NCBI GenBank assembly: GCA_964616645.1
Contig: CAZTUM010000003.1
Location: 1 to 35,455 of the forward strand
Reading direction: 5' to 3'
From: an uncultured Muribaculaceae bacterium
Lineage (GTDB): Bacteria > Bacillota_I > Bacilli_A > RF39 > UBA660
Length of the DNA: 35,455 bases
This document shows, piece after piece, positions 1 through 8,700 of this stretch. The position numbers were made by a program, and so were the translations under genes. Position 1 is the stretch's first letter. Each line of letters opens with the position of its first letter. The notes beneath the pieces are model-generated. The model did not search any database, was not told the DNA's origin, and saw only the letters and a program-made list of their open reading frames with translations.

Positions 1-1851
1 CCTGTTGTTAGAAAAAATATGAAACAGTGGGTAATTGATATACCTAAATATGCTTCAAGATTATTAGAAGGATTAGATACTATTACTTGGCCAGAATCTA
101 CAAAAGAAATTCAAAAGAATTGGATAGGTAAAAGTATAGGTGCACATATAAAATTTAAAGTAGATAATACTGAATATGAATTTACAGTATATACAACAAG
201 ATGTGATACATTATTTGGAGTTACTTATTGTGTTTTATCACCAGAACATCCACTTGTTGATAAAATAACTATAGATAAGTACAAAGAAGAAATTGAATTA
301 TATAAGAAAGAGTGTGCAACTAAATCTGAATTAGAGCGTACAGATTTAAATAAAAATAAAACAGGTGTATTTACAGGAGCATATGCAATAAATCCTATAA
401 ATAATAAAAAAATACCTATTTGGATAAGTGATTATGTTTTAGTAAGTTATGGTACAGGTGCCATTATGGCGGTGCCTGCACATGATGATAGGGATTATGA
501 ATTTGCACGTAAATTTAATATTGAAATAATTCCAGTAATAGAAGGTGGAGATATAAATAATAGTGCTTATACTGATGATGGGATTCATATTAATTCAGGA
601 TTTTTAAATGGTTTAAATAAAACAGAAGCTATAAACAAAATGATATCTTATTTAGAAGAAAATAATACTGGTTATGAAAAAATAAACTATCGTTTAAGAG
701 AATGGATATTTGCTCGTCAAAGATATTGGGGAGAACCAGTACCAGTAATTCATTTAGAAAATGGAAATACAGTTGCGGTATCAGATAGTGAATTGCCAGT
801 AGTATTACCAATGTTAGATGATTATCAAGCTAAAAATGGGGCTTCTCCGTTAGATAGTGCTACTGCTTGGAAAAATGTATGTGTAGATGGTATTAAGGGT
901 GTTAGAGAAACCGCTACTATGCCAGGAGCCGCGGCTTCATCATGGTATTATTTAAGATATATAGACCCAAATAATGATAATGAAATAGCTAATTATGAGT
1001 TATTAAAGCATTGGATGCCTGTTGATTTGTATGTAGGAGGTCCAGAACATTCAACAGGACACTTATTATATTCAAGAATGTGGTGTAATTACTTATATGA
1101 TATAGGAATATCTCCAGTTAAGGAACCATTTAAGAAATTAGTTCATCAAGGGATGATTTTAGGGGAAAATGGACTTAAAATGGGGAAACGTTTTCCAGAA
1201 TATGTAATTAATCCATCAGATATAGTCTCTTCACATGGAGCAGATTCTTTAAGGTTATATGAAATGTTTATGGGGCCTATTCAAGCAGATAAGCCATGGA
1301 ATAATCAAGGTATTGATGGAGCTAAAAAGTTTATTGATAGAGTATATCGTATATTTGAAACAAACAAAGTAACAGAAGAGGATAATAAAAAATTAGAAAA
1401 GATATATCATCAAACTGTAAAAGGTGTAACAGAAGATTATGAGAATTTAAGTTTTAATACAGCTATATCAAAATTAATGATATTTGTAAACGCGGTATAT
1501 AAAGAAGATAACTTGCCAAGATGTTATGCAGAAGGATTTGTAAAGTTAATTAGTCCTATTTGTCCATTTTTAGGGGAAGAATTATGGCAAATGTTAGGTA
1601 ATGATAATACTATTACATATGAATCTTGGCCAGTATATGATGATAAATTACTAGTAGAAAATAAAACTGTAATCGCAGTTCAAATAAATGGTAAATTAAG
1701 AGATACAATAGAAGTTAATGTAGATTCTGAAGAAGAAATAGTAAAAGATTTAGCATTAAATTCTATTAATATAAAACGTCATCTTGAAAATAGGGAAGTT
1801 ATTAAAATAGTATTAGTACCTAATAGAGTAATAAACATTGTTGTAAAATAA
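1..1851 (+). CDS. leuS: Leucine--tRNA ligase, 3' portion (gene begins upstream of the window)
   Basis: Frame 1 is open from nt 1 (PVVRKN precedes the first Met at 19). Class Ia LeuRS blocks are present: WPESTKEIQKNWIGKS, GTGAIMAVPAHDDRDYEFA, REWIFARQRYWGEP, GGPEHSTGHLLYSRMW, HGADSLRLYEMFMGP. The KMSKS position reads KMGKR (1177-1191). Confidence 0.95.
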   Translation, partial: PVVRKNMKQWVIDIPKYASRLLEGLDTITWPESTKEIQKNWIGKSIGAHIKFKVDNTEYEFTVYTTRCDTLFGVTYCVLSPEHPLVDKITIDKYKEEIELYKKECATKSELERTDLNKNKTGVFTGAYAINPINNKKIPIWISDYVLVSYGTGAIMAVPAHDDRDYEFARKFNIEIIPVIEGGDINNSAYTDDGIHINSGFLNGLNKTEAINKMISYLEENNTGYEKINYRLREWIFARQRYWGEPVPVIHLENGNTVAVSDSELPVVLPMLDDYQAKNGASPLDSATAWKNVCVDGIKGVRETATMPGAAASSWYYLRYIDPNNDNEIANYELLKHWMPVDLYVGGPEHSTGHLLYSRMWCNYLYDIGISPVKEPFKKLVHQGMILGENGLKMGKRFPEYVINPSDIVSSHGADSLRLYEMFMGPIQADKPWNNQGIDGAKKFIDRVYRIFETNKVTEEDNKKLEKIYHQTVKGVTEDYENLSFNTAISKLMIFVNAVYKEDNLPRCYAEGFVKLISPICPFLGEELWQMLGNDNTITYESWPVYDDKLLVENKTVIAVQINGKLRDTIEVNVDSEEEIVKDLALNSINIKRHLENREVIKIVLVPNRVINIVVK

Positions 1852-1907
1852 TATCTCTTTTCTTCTAAATTTTAAAAATATATGCTAAACTAATATTAGG
1901 TGATGAT

Positions 1908-2885
1908 ATGAAGAAATTTATAACTATATTTCTATTAGTAATATTATTAGTAGGATGTAGTAAAAATGAAGAAATAACAAGAAATATATTTGCAATGGAT
2001 ACTTATATTGAAGTAAAATTATATGAAAATAATTCTACTAATAAGGATATATTAGATAATGTTTCAAAGATATATGATGAATATAATAAATTATGTGATA
2101 TGTATAATGAGTATGATGATATAATAAATGTATATTATTTAAATGAGATATTAAAAGATAATGAAGAGATAATAATTGATAGTAAGTTAAGTAATTTAAT
2201 ATCATATAGTATAGAACAGTATTATAATACTAATGGGTATTTTAATCCTGCAATAGGGAATTTAACTCTTATATGGCATAATTATCTTGAAGAAAATAAT
2301 ATACCTAAAGAAGTAGATTTATCTAATTTAGAAAGTACTAATATAGAAGATATTACTATAACGTCTAATACATATAAAAAAAGAGATGGTGTTAAATTAG
2401 ATTTAGGTGGTATATGTAAAGGATATGCTACTCAAACGGTAGGAGAGTACTTAGAAATGTTAGGTATAAAGTCATATTTAATAAATGCAGGAGGTAATGT
2501 TAAAGTAGGAATGCATTATCAAAATGATAAATATATAATAGGTATTCAAAATCCAAATAATACTGATTTGTTAACAAAGGTATATGGAGAAAATATTTCA
2601 GTTGTTACCAGTGGAGATTATCAAAGGTATTATGAAATAGATGGTATTAAATATAATCATATTATTAATCCTAAAACAAAATATCCTTCAAGTAATAATA
2701 AGAGCGTAACAGTAATTACTAATAACTCTAGTTATGGAGATATTATGTCAACATATTTATTTCTATTAGATAAAGAAGATATTTTAGATATAGTAAATAA
2801 TTTATCTGATATAGAAGTAATAGGAGTAGATAAAGATAGTAATATATTTAAATCAGAAGGAATTAGTATCTATGAAGAAGAGTGA
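1908..2885 (+). CDS. apbE: FAD:protein FMN transferase (ApbE/Ftp family) lipoprotein
   Basis: Lipobox LLVGC near the N-terminus. ApbE-like blocks FAMDTYIEV, LDLGGICKGYA, VVTSGDYQRY, HIINPKT. RBS AGGTGATGAT before the ATG. Confidence 0.85.
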   Translation: MKKFITIFLLVILLVGCSKNEEITRNIFAMDTYIEVKLYENNSTNKDILDNVSKIYDEYNKLCDMYNEYDDIINVYYLNEILKDNEEIIIDSKLSNLISYSIEQYYNTNGYFNPAIGNLTLIWHNYLEENNIPKEVDLSNLESTNIEDITITSNTYKKRDGVKLDLGGICKGYATQTVGEYLEMLGIKSYLINAGGNVKVGMHYQNDKYIIGIQNPNNTDLLTKVYGENISVVTSGDYQRYYEIDGIKYNHIINPKTKYPSSNNKSVTVITNNSSYGDIMSTYLFLLDKEDILDIVNNLSDIEVIGVDKDSNIFKSEGISIYEEE

Positions 2886-3231
2886 TTTATATTTAGTAAT
2901 TATAACTATATTAATAAGTATAATCTTGATAATATATCTAAATGTAAATACAACATCAAGTAATGTTGCTTATGTATATTATAATAATAAAGAAATACTT
3001 AGATTAGATTTAAATATTAAAAGTGAATATACTGTAGAGGGCTATATTGATGATGTAGTTATAGAAACAGATATAGGTAAAGTAAGAGTAAAAAAAGAAA
3101 CAAGCCCTAAGCATCTTTGTTCTAAACAAGGTTGGGTAAGTAATGCATATACTCCAATAATATGTCTACCTAATAAAATAGTAATAAAGATAGATAATAA
3201 AGAAAATCAAGTAGATACTGTGGTGAGATAG
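2872..3231 (+). CDS. NusG-domain-II-like membrane-anchored small protein
   Basis: 119 aa with one N-terminal TM helix followed by a small beta-rich domain. The start overlaps the apbE stop by 14 nt. Its size, architecture and position just before a Gx-transporter-like gene fit the NusG_II family, which is often found next to such transporters. Assigned from memory of the family, not by search. Confidence 0.5.
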   Translation: MKKSDLYLVIITILISIILIIYLNVNTTSSNVAYVYYNNKEILRLDLNIKSEYTVEGYIDDVVIETDIGKVRVKKETSPKHLCSKQGWVSNAYTPIICLPNKIVIKIDNKENQVDTVVR

Positions 3232-3741
3232 ATGGATATAAAAAAAATAAGTAGATTAGCGATGTTAATAGCATTATCAGTTGTAATAGGTGTAATAGAG
3301 AGTCATATTATAATATTTAATAACATAATACCAGGATTAAAATTAGGTCTTGCAAATGCTATAATTATTTTAGTATTATATATATATGGCTTTAAAGATG
3401 CATTAACAGTATCTATATTAAGAGTAATATTAGTATCATTATTAATAAATGGATTATTTACTGTACCATTTTATTTCAGTTTATCAGGGGCTATTCTTAG
3501 TATTATTGCTATGGCACTTGTAAAGAAAATTAAAATATTTTCTATAATAGGAGTAAGTGTAATAGGTTCAATTATGCATAGTATTGGTCAAATATTAATA
3601 GGAATAGTAATAATTAATAAGAATATTATATATTATCTTCCATATCTATTAATATTCTCTATAATAACAGGTATTATAATTGGTATAATAAGTAAAAAAT
3701 TAGTTAAAAATATGTCTAATTTATTAAATAATATTGCATAA
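3232..3741 (+). CDS. Gx transporter family (heptaprenyl-diphosphate-synthase-component-I-like) integral membrane protein
   Basis: 169 aa and almost entirely hydrophobic (about 5 TM helices). The ATG directly abuts the previous stop (TAG ATG). GLKLGLANAIIILVLY-type helices are typical of this family. Confidence 0.6.
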   Translation: MDIKKISRLAMLIALSVVIGVIESHIIIFNNIIPGLKLGLANAIIILVLYIYGFKDALTVSILRVILVSLLINGLFTVPFYFSLSGAILSIIAMALVKKIKIFSIIGVSVIGSIMHSIGQILIGIVIINKNIIYYLPYLLIFSIITGIIIGIISKKLVKNMSNLLNNIA

Positions 3742-3789
3742 AAACTAAAAATATAATATAATTACTATATCATAAAAGGAGGATATAAT

Positions 3790-4254
3790 ATGAAGAAAAT
3801 TCTAAGTTTGTTTGTTATAATAACTACATGTTTAATGTTAGTTGGATGTGGAGAAGGAAAATATAAAGAAGGAACTTATGAAGGAAGTGTTGTAGATAGT
3901 TATGGGGGTGCTGATAATATTGCAACTGCGAAAGTTGAAGTAGATACATCTGGTAAAATTAAATCTGTATATTTAGATACAACATATACTAAAGATGGAG
4001 TTTCTACTACTAAAAAGGCTTTAAAAGAAGATTATGGTATGAAGACGGCATCTAAAAATATTGGTAAAATTGATGGTGGAGCAGAATGGTATGAACAAGT
4101 AGAAGCCTTAGAAAAGAAAGTAGTTGAAAATCAAGGAATTGATTTTATAACATTAGATGAAGATGGTAAAACTGATGCGGTATCAGGATGTACGATGAAA
4201 ATTGATGCTCTATATAAAGCATTAGAACAAGCATTAAATGAAGCAAAAAAATAG
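3790..4254 (+). CDS. FMN-binding-domain lipoprotein (likely ApbE substrate)
   Basis: Strong RBS AAAGGAGGA and lipobox MLVGC. The C-terminal DAVSGCT (4174-4194) matches the FMN_bind flavinylation motif D-x-x-S-G-A-T, with Cys in place of Ala. Confidence 0.7.
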   Translation: MKKILSLFVIITTCLMLVGCGEGKYKEGTYEGSVVDSYGGADNIATAKVEVDTSGKIKSVYLDTTYTKDGVSTTKKALKEDYGMKTASKNIGKIDGGAEWYEQVEALEKKVVENQGIDFITLDEDGKTDAVSGCTMKIDALYKALEQALNEAKK

Positions 4255-4282
4255 TAACTATTAAAAAAAAGTAGTTACTTTT
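4253..4282. terminator. Bidirectional hairpin between convergent genes
   Basis: AGTAACTA (4253-4260) pairs perfectly with TAGTTACT (4272-4279). The loop is A-rich and a T-run follows on the + strand. Confidence 0.55.
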
Positions 4283-5405
4283 AATTTGTGTATCTTAAGC
4301 TTTGATTAGATACATTGAATACAATTCCTAGTAAAAACATATATGAAAGTAGGCTTGAACCTCCATAACTAATAAATGGTAGGGTAATACCCATAATAGG
4401 GAGAAGTCCCATAGTCATAGATAAGCTCCATACTTGTTGAAAGACTAACATCGCGGTAATTCCAATAATAGTATATTTATCTGTGCTATCATATACTTTA
4501 TAAGAACAATTAACCAAATTAATATCAAAATAAATAAATAATATTATTAAAATTATAGACCCAATTAAACCATAATTAGAAGAAAAAACTCCATATATAA
4601 AATCAGTTTGTAATTCAGGAAAATAAATAGGGGTATTATTAAATCCATGTCCAGTAATTCCTGCACTACCAATTGCAATAAGAGAATTAGTAAGCTGACT
4701 TCCACTTCCAGAAGACCAATTAATAATTCTATCCATACGATAGAAAAAACTAGTACCAAATATTTTAATAAATAAATCATCATTAATAAAATATATTAAA
4801 AATAGTAAAGAGATAAATAAAACTAATATTCCTCCTGTATAAACAAACCATCTTCTTCTAATACCTCCAACGAAAAGCATTACAATAGTAGTAACTAAAT
4901 AGATTAATACGGCACCAGTATCAGGTTCTATAAAGGTAAGTATTGAAGGAATAAAAACTACTATCATAACTTTAAGAAGAAATTTAAATTCAGTTTCAAT
5001 ACTAGGATTAATATAGGTAGTATTATAATCATTAATCATTTTAGATAAAGTAAGGATAAGTATTACTTTCATAAATTCAGATGGTTGAAGTAAAAATAAA
5101 CCAAAATCAAACCAACATTTAGAATTGTTAACACTTTTACCAAAAAATAATACTAAAACTAATAAAATAATATTAATAATATATAAAATGTAGGCACTAT
5201 TATGTAAAACTTTATTTCCAATAGTCATTATAATATAAGCGAGTCCAAAGCCTAATATATACCAAATTAATTGTTTTAAATATAAATTATGCATATAATC
5301 AGGTAGTAACTTACTTGCACTATATATTGTAGTAACGCTAATTAAGGCAAATAATATAATTGGAATAATTATACTTAATTCAACTTTATACTTAGAAATA
5401 TTCAT
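4281..5405 (-). CDS. SEDS-family protein (FtsW/RodA/SpoVE)
   Basis: 374 aa with about 10 TM helices. SEDS hallmarks: SEFMKV, EPDTGA, and the C-terminal LLPIMGITLPFISYGGSSLL block. Confidence 0.85.
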   Translation of the reverse strand: MNISKYKVELSIIIPIILFALISVTTIYSASKLLPDYMHNLYLKQLIWYILGFGLAYIIMTIGNKVLHNSAYILYIINIILLVLVLFFGKSVNNSKCWFDFGLFLLQPSEFMKVILILTLSKMINDYNTTYINPSIETEFKFLLKVMIVVFIPSILTFIEPDTGAVLIYLVTTIVMLFVGGIRRRWFVYTGGILVLFISLLFLIYFINDDLFIKIFGTSFFYRMDRIINWSSGSGSQLTNSLIAIGSAGITGHGFNNTPIYFPELQTDFIYGVFSSNYGLIGSIILIILFIYFDINLVNCSYKVYDSTDKYTIIGITAMLVFQQVWSLSMTMGLLPIMGITLPFISYGGSSLLSYMFLLGIVFNVSNQSLRYTN

Positions 5406-5462
5406 ATAATATCACCAACTTTCAAATATTATTATACCATGACTAATAAAAAAAATAGATAT

Positions 5463-5498
5463 ATTTAACATATTTTATAAAATTTAACATATTTTATA
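5463..5498 (+). repeat. Two copies of the 17-bp direct repeat ATTTAACATATTTTATA (period 19 bp) upstream of the 5513 gene
   Basis: 5463-5479 and 5482-5498 are identical, ending 14 nt before the ATG and just before the GGAAGGTG RBS. Confidence 0.9.
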
Positions 5499-5512
5499 TT
5501 GGAAGGTGAATT

Positions 5513-5845
5513 ATGAATAAATCAATCCCTAAAATGTATAAAAGTAAACTAGATAAAAATATTAATAATAGTCAACAAGTATATTCTACATTAAATAAAG
5601 AAAATATTACTATAGAAAATAGAAATACTAATAATGAAAAATTAGATAAATTTACTTTAAATCAAAAAATATATAATATATTTAATAGTAATGATTATAT
5701 ATATAAAGCTGATGTAAATATAGTTACAAAAGATGGAATATATAAAAAAAGAGTAGTAGGAAAGACTAGTACTAGTTTAATAACTTTTGATAATGAGTAT
5801 ATAAAAATAGAAGATATTATAGATATTTATCCCATAAAAAAATAG
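5513..5845 (+). CDS. Hypothetical 110-aa Asn/Lys-rich protein
   Basis: ORF with RBS GGAAGGTG 4 nt upstream of the ATG. No family recognised. The N-terminal half is low-complexity. Confidence 0.4.
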   Translation: MNKSIPKMYKSKLDKNINNSQQVYSTLNKENITIENRNTNNEKLDKFTLNQKIYNIFNSNDYIYKADVNIVTKDGIYKKRVVGKTSTSLITFDNEYIKIEDIIDIYPIKK

Positions 5846-5861
5846 CACTTAAGTGTTATTT

Positions 5862-6719
5862 TTATTTATATAGCTCTTTTTTTAATAAATCAATATTATC
5901 ATTCATAATAGTTAGATAATTTTCATTAGAATTAGTAACACCTCCATCAACAGAAAACATATCATTAATTTTAATTAAAGTAGCTTTATTATTTTCAAGT
6001 AATTTTTTAACCGTATCATTAGTATCTTCATCTTTAGTATATATATATTTAATATTACCATTATTAATTAATCTTCTAACATCTTCTATAGTTTTTTGAG
6101 TTAAATTCTCATCTTCTTCAAGAGAAATAACTTTTAAATCATATTTCTCTAAAAATTTAAAAAGATGATTATCTACTACAATTGTATCATAAGAAGAATT
6201 TTTAACCGCGGTCTTAATCTTAGCATCAAGAGATGATAAAGCTAATTTTAAATCTTCATAATTATCATTAACTTCTTTAATTAAATAAGGATTACTAATG
6301 TATTCATTTAGACCATTCTTAAGATTTTGTGCCATCATTAAATAATTATAAGGATTTAACCATAATTCTTCTAAAGAATTAGTAACTTCCATTCCAAGAG
6401 CAACATCAATAATTTTTAGATTCTTATTTTGATTAATCATTTTAACAGCATAATCTCTATCTCTATCAAGACTATTAAAAACAAATAAATCATTACTACT
6501 ATAGTCATTAATTTGTTTTTCAGTAAGATTATAAGTAGTTACATCAACTCCATTAGGATAAATACTACTAATTTCAGCATTATTACCATATAAATAATTA
6601 GTAATATAATTAATAGGATAAATAGTAGTATAAATAACTATATCTTCCATATTATCTCTTTTAAAGCAACCACATAGTGATAAACAAATAATTATCACCA
6701 TAATAAATTTTTTTTTCAT
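5862..6719 (-). CDS. TroA/ZnuA-like metal-ABC substrate-binding lipoprotein homolog (orphan)
   Basis: Lipobox LSLCGC. Cluster-9 SBP-like blocks [40 protein letters not shown]. No permease or ATPase gene is adjacent. Confidence 0.6.
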   Translation of the reverse strand: MKKKFIMVIIICLSLCGCFKRDNMEDIVIYTTIYPINYITNYLYGNNAEISSIYPNGVDVTTYNLTEKQINDYSSNDLFVFNSLDRDRDYAVKMINQNKNLKIIDVALGMEVTNSLEELWLNPYNYLMMAQNLKNGLNEYISNPYLIKEVNDNYEDLKLALSSLDAKIKTAVKNSSYDTIVVDNHLFKFLEKYDLKVISLEEDENLTQKTIEDVRRLINNGNIKYIYTKDEDTNDTVKKLLENNKATLIKINDMFSVDGGVTNSNENYLTIMNDNIDLLKKELYK

Positions 6720-6946
6720 ATTAAATTACCTCTTTTCTTTTTAGGGACAGGGTCATATCCTCCTTTAGTAAAAGGATTACATCTAAGTATTCTATAAATG
6801 CTTAAAATACTTCCTTTAAATGCACCATATTCTATAATAGCTTCTTTAGCATATTGAGAACAAGTAGGGTAGTATTTACAATAACTATGGAATTTCCCTG
6901 GTATTTTTTGATATAAACAAATCAAATATATAAGTATCTTTCTCAT
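6716..6946 (-). CDS. yidD: Membrane protein insertion efficiency factor YidD
   Basis: 76 aa with [15 protein letters not shown] and [14 protein letters not shown], the YidD signature. Its TGA stop overlaps the ATG of the downstream SBP gene (ATGA). Confidence 0.9.
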   Translation of the reverse strand: MRKILIYLICLYQKIPGKFHSYCKYYPTCSQYAKEAIIEYGAFKGSILSIYRILRCNPFTKGGYDPVPKKKRGNLI

Positions 6947-6989
6947 ATAACTATTTTATCAAAAAAATACTTATTTGTCTATAAAATAA

Positions 6990-7028
6990 AAAATATACAT
7001 CAATAAAATAAGTTATGATGTATATTTT
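6990..7028 (-). terminator. Rho-independent terminator after the ClpX-like gene
   Basis: Perfect 13-bp inverted repeat, AAAATATACATCA (6990-7002) with TGATGTATATTTT (7016-7028). On the minus strand it is followed by T-rich sequence. Confidence 0.6.
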
Positions 7029-7039
7029 ATTATATCTAA

Positions 7040-8620
7040 TTACTTTAATATATAATTATTATTATCAGAAATAGTATCTTTAGATAATACTAATTTTTTA
7101 TATTTATTCTTTTCACATTGTACTTGAAATCTTGCTTTACTAGTCATTTTAAATACAATTTCAAATAATGACCTAGCTCCTGTATTTAACTCTAAAGCTT
7201 TCTTTGCAATAGCGTTATAAACATCTTCATCGTTAATCATTTCTACATTGTATAAAGCAAATAATTCTTTAACTAAGAGGATTGGACTATTCACTGAATT
7301 TTTAAGTATATCAATTAGAATATCCATATTCATAGGGTTCATAATTATTTTATTATTACATCTACCAATAAATTCTGGAAGTAAACCAAATTTATTAAAA
7401 TTATCTGTAGAATAAGCGTTAGTAACTTTATTATCATAAGTATTATTAAAGCCAATTAAAGGAGTAGTTTTAACTAAATCTTTTAGTCCAGAAAAAGCTC
7501 TCATTGCTACAAAAGTCATATTAGTAGTATTAATGGTAATATTCTTTTTACCATATGTAAAGGTATACTTACCACCTTCCATAAGTTTAAGTAAAGACTC
7601 TAATACTCCAACAGTGGCAACTTTATCATTAGAATTATTACCCGCTTTTTTATCAATTTCATCAACAACTAATATACCTCTTTCAGCTAAGTATATATCT
7701 TCATTAGCACTAGATAGTAAGTGTATTAGCATATCATCAATAGATTTACCAACATATCCAGCAATAGTATACTGAGTAGCATCTTCTACAACCATTGGAA
7801 TATGTAAATTATTAGATAATAATCTAAATAATTCTGTCTTACCAACACCAGTATCTCCACAGATTAAAATATTCTGTTTAAGTCTTGGATTAGTAATTCT
7901 TTGATTAATGTCTATCGCAGATATAATTTGTTTTACTTGTTCATTTTGTCCTTTTAGAGAAGTAGTAACAATATTATAAATATCATTTACATTAATATCT
8001 GTTTTTTTATCTTTATTAATACTATTATTATATGAATTATCTATTTTAACTAAATCATTTTCATTTGGATTATTATTTTCACATAAAAGTTGGATAATAT
8101 ATTCTCCGACATCTTTAGCTTCACCACATATAGCTTCTCCAATAGCTTTATAAGAAGAACAAGCAAAATCAACAATTTCCATTTCTTTAATATGTCTATT
8201 AATAGTATAGGTATAAAAACTATTTTCCTTAATTCTTTGATAATATAAATATTTATCTATAATATTAAAGTAATTACTTGCTAAATAATTTAAAGCATCA
8301 CTATTATTAAAATAAATATCAATCCCTAAAGCAAGGTCCATGTCTTCTGAAGTCTCAGAGCATCTTTTTAAAGTATCTTTAAGAAATTCAATAGAAAGAG
8401 GAAATCCAAAAACAAATTCATCATCTAAAGAGTCTAAATTATTGGCAAAATTATATTTGCTTAAAACTACTTTATTTTTTTCAGTTTTCTTAACAATCTC
8501 TGGCATTGTTTTAAAAGTTTTTAAATCATTACTGACTTCACCAAACAAGAAAGTATAAGGTTCTAATTTATATTCCTCTTTTAGCTTTTTTCTTTTAAAA
8601 ATAATTGCAATATCTTTCAT
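7040..8620 (-). CDS. ClpX-like AAA+ unfoldase with a non-canonical N-terminal domain
   Basis: From about aa 212 the protein reads like ClpX. It has Walker A GDTGVGKT (7835-7858), pore-1 loop AGYVGKS, Walker B ILVVDEIDK, the ClpP-docking tripeptide IGF (7448-7456) and sensor-2-like GARSL. The first ~205 aa replace the C4 zinc-binding domain and contain no Cys4 pattern. Confidence 0.75.
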   Translation of the reverse strand: MKDIAIIFKRKKLKEEYKLEPYTFLFGEVSNDLKTFKTMPEIVKKTEKNKVVLSKYNFANNLDSLDDEFVFGFPLSIEFLKDTLKRCSETSEDMDLALGIDIYFNNSDALNYLASNYFNIIDKYLYYQRIKENSFYTYTINRHIKEMEIVDFACSSYKAIGEAICGEAKDVGEYIIQLLCENNNPNENDLVKIDNSYNNSINKDKKTDINVNDIYNIVTTSLKGQNEQVKQIISAIDINQRITNPRLKQNILICGDTGVGKTELFRLLSNNLHIPMVVEDATQYTIAGYVGKSIDDMLIHLLSSANEDIYLAERGILVVDEIDKKAGNNSNDKVATVGVLESLLKLMEGGKYTFTYGKKNITINTTNMTFVAMRAFSGLKDLVKTTPLIGFNNTYDNKVTNAYSTDNFNKFGLLPEFIGRCNNKIIMNPMNMDILIDILKNSVNSPILLVKELFALYNVEMINDEDVYNAIAKKALELNTGARSLFEIVFKMTSKARFQVQCEKNKYKKLVLSKDTISDNNNYILK

Positions 8621-8700
8621 AATATATCACCTGTAAGGAATATTATACTTGATAAAATAACTAAATTTGTTATACTTTACATTAATTTAACGGTATTATA

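Noticed and set aside
629-811. Short antisense or alternate-frame ORFs from the track: 629-811, 4565-4783, 7533-7775, 8340-8558, 14366-14560, 16822-17022, 20550-20777, 21436-21642, 23558-23749, 25777-25980, 28150-28332, 28858-29061, 34997-35179.
   Set aside because: Each is embedded in, or antisense to, a longer ORF with clear family motifs. Their translations are low-complexity Ile/Leu/Phe/Tyr/Asn strings typical of AT-rich non-coding frames, and none has a convincing RBS.
8645-8670. ATAAC-N7-GTTAT inverted repeat upstream of the ClpX-like gene, considered as a third LexA box.
   Set aside because: Its arms and spacing do not fit CGAAC-N4-GTTCG. AT-rich palindromes of this size are expected by chance here.
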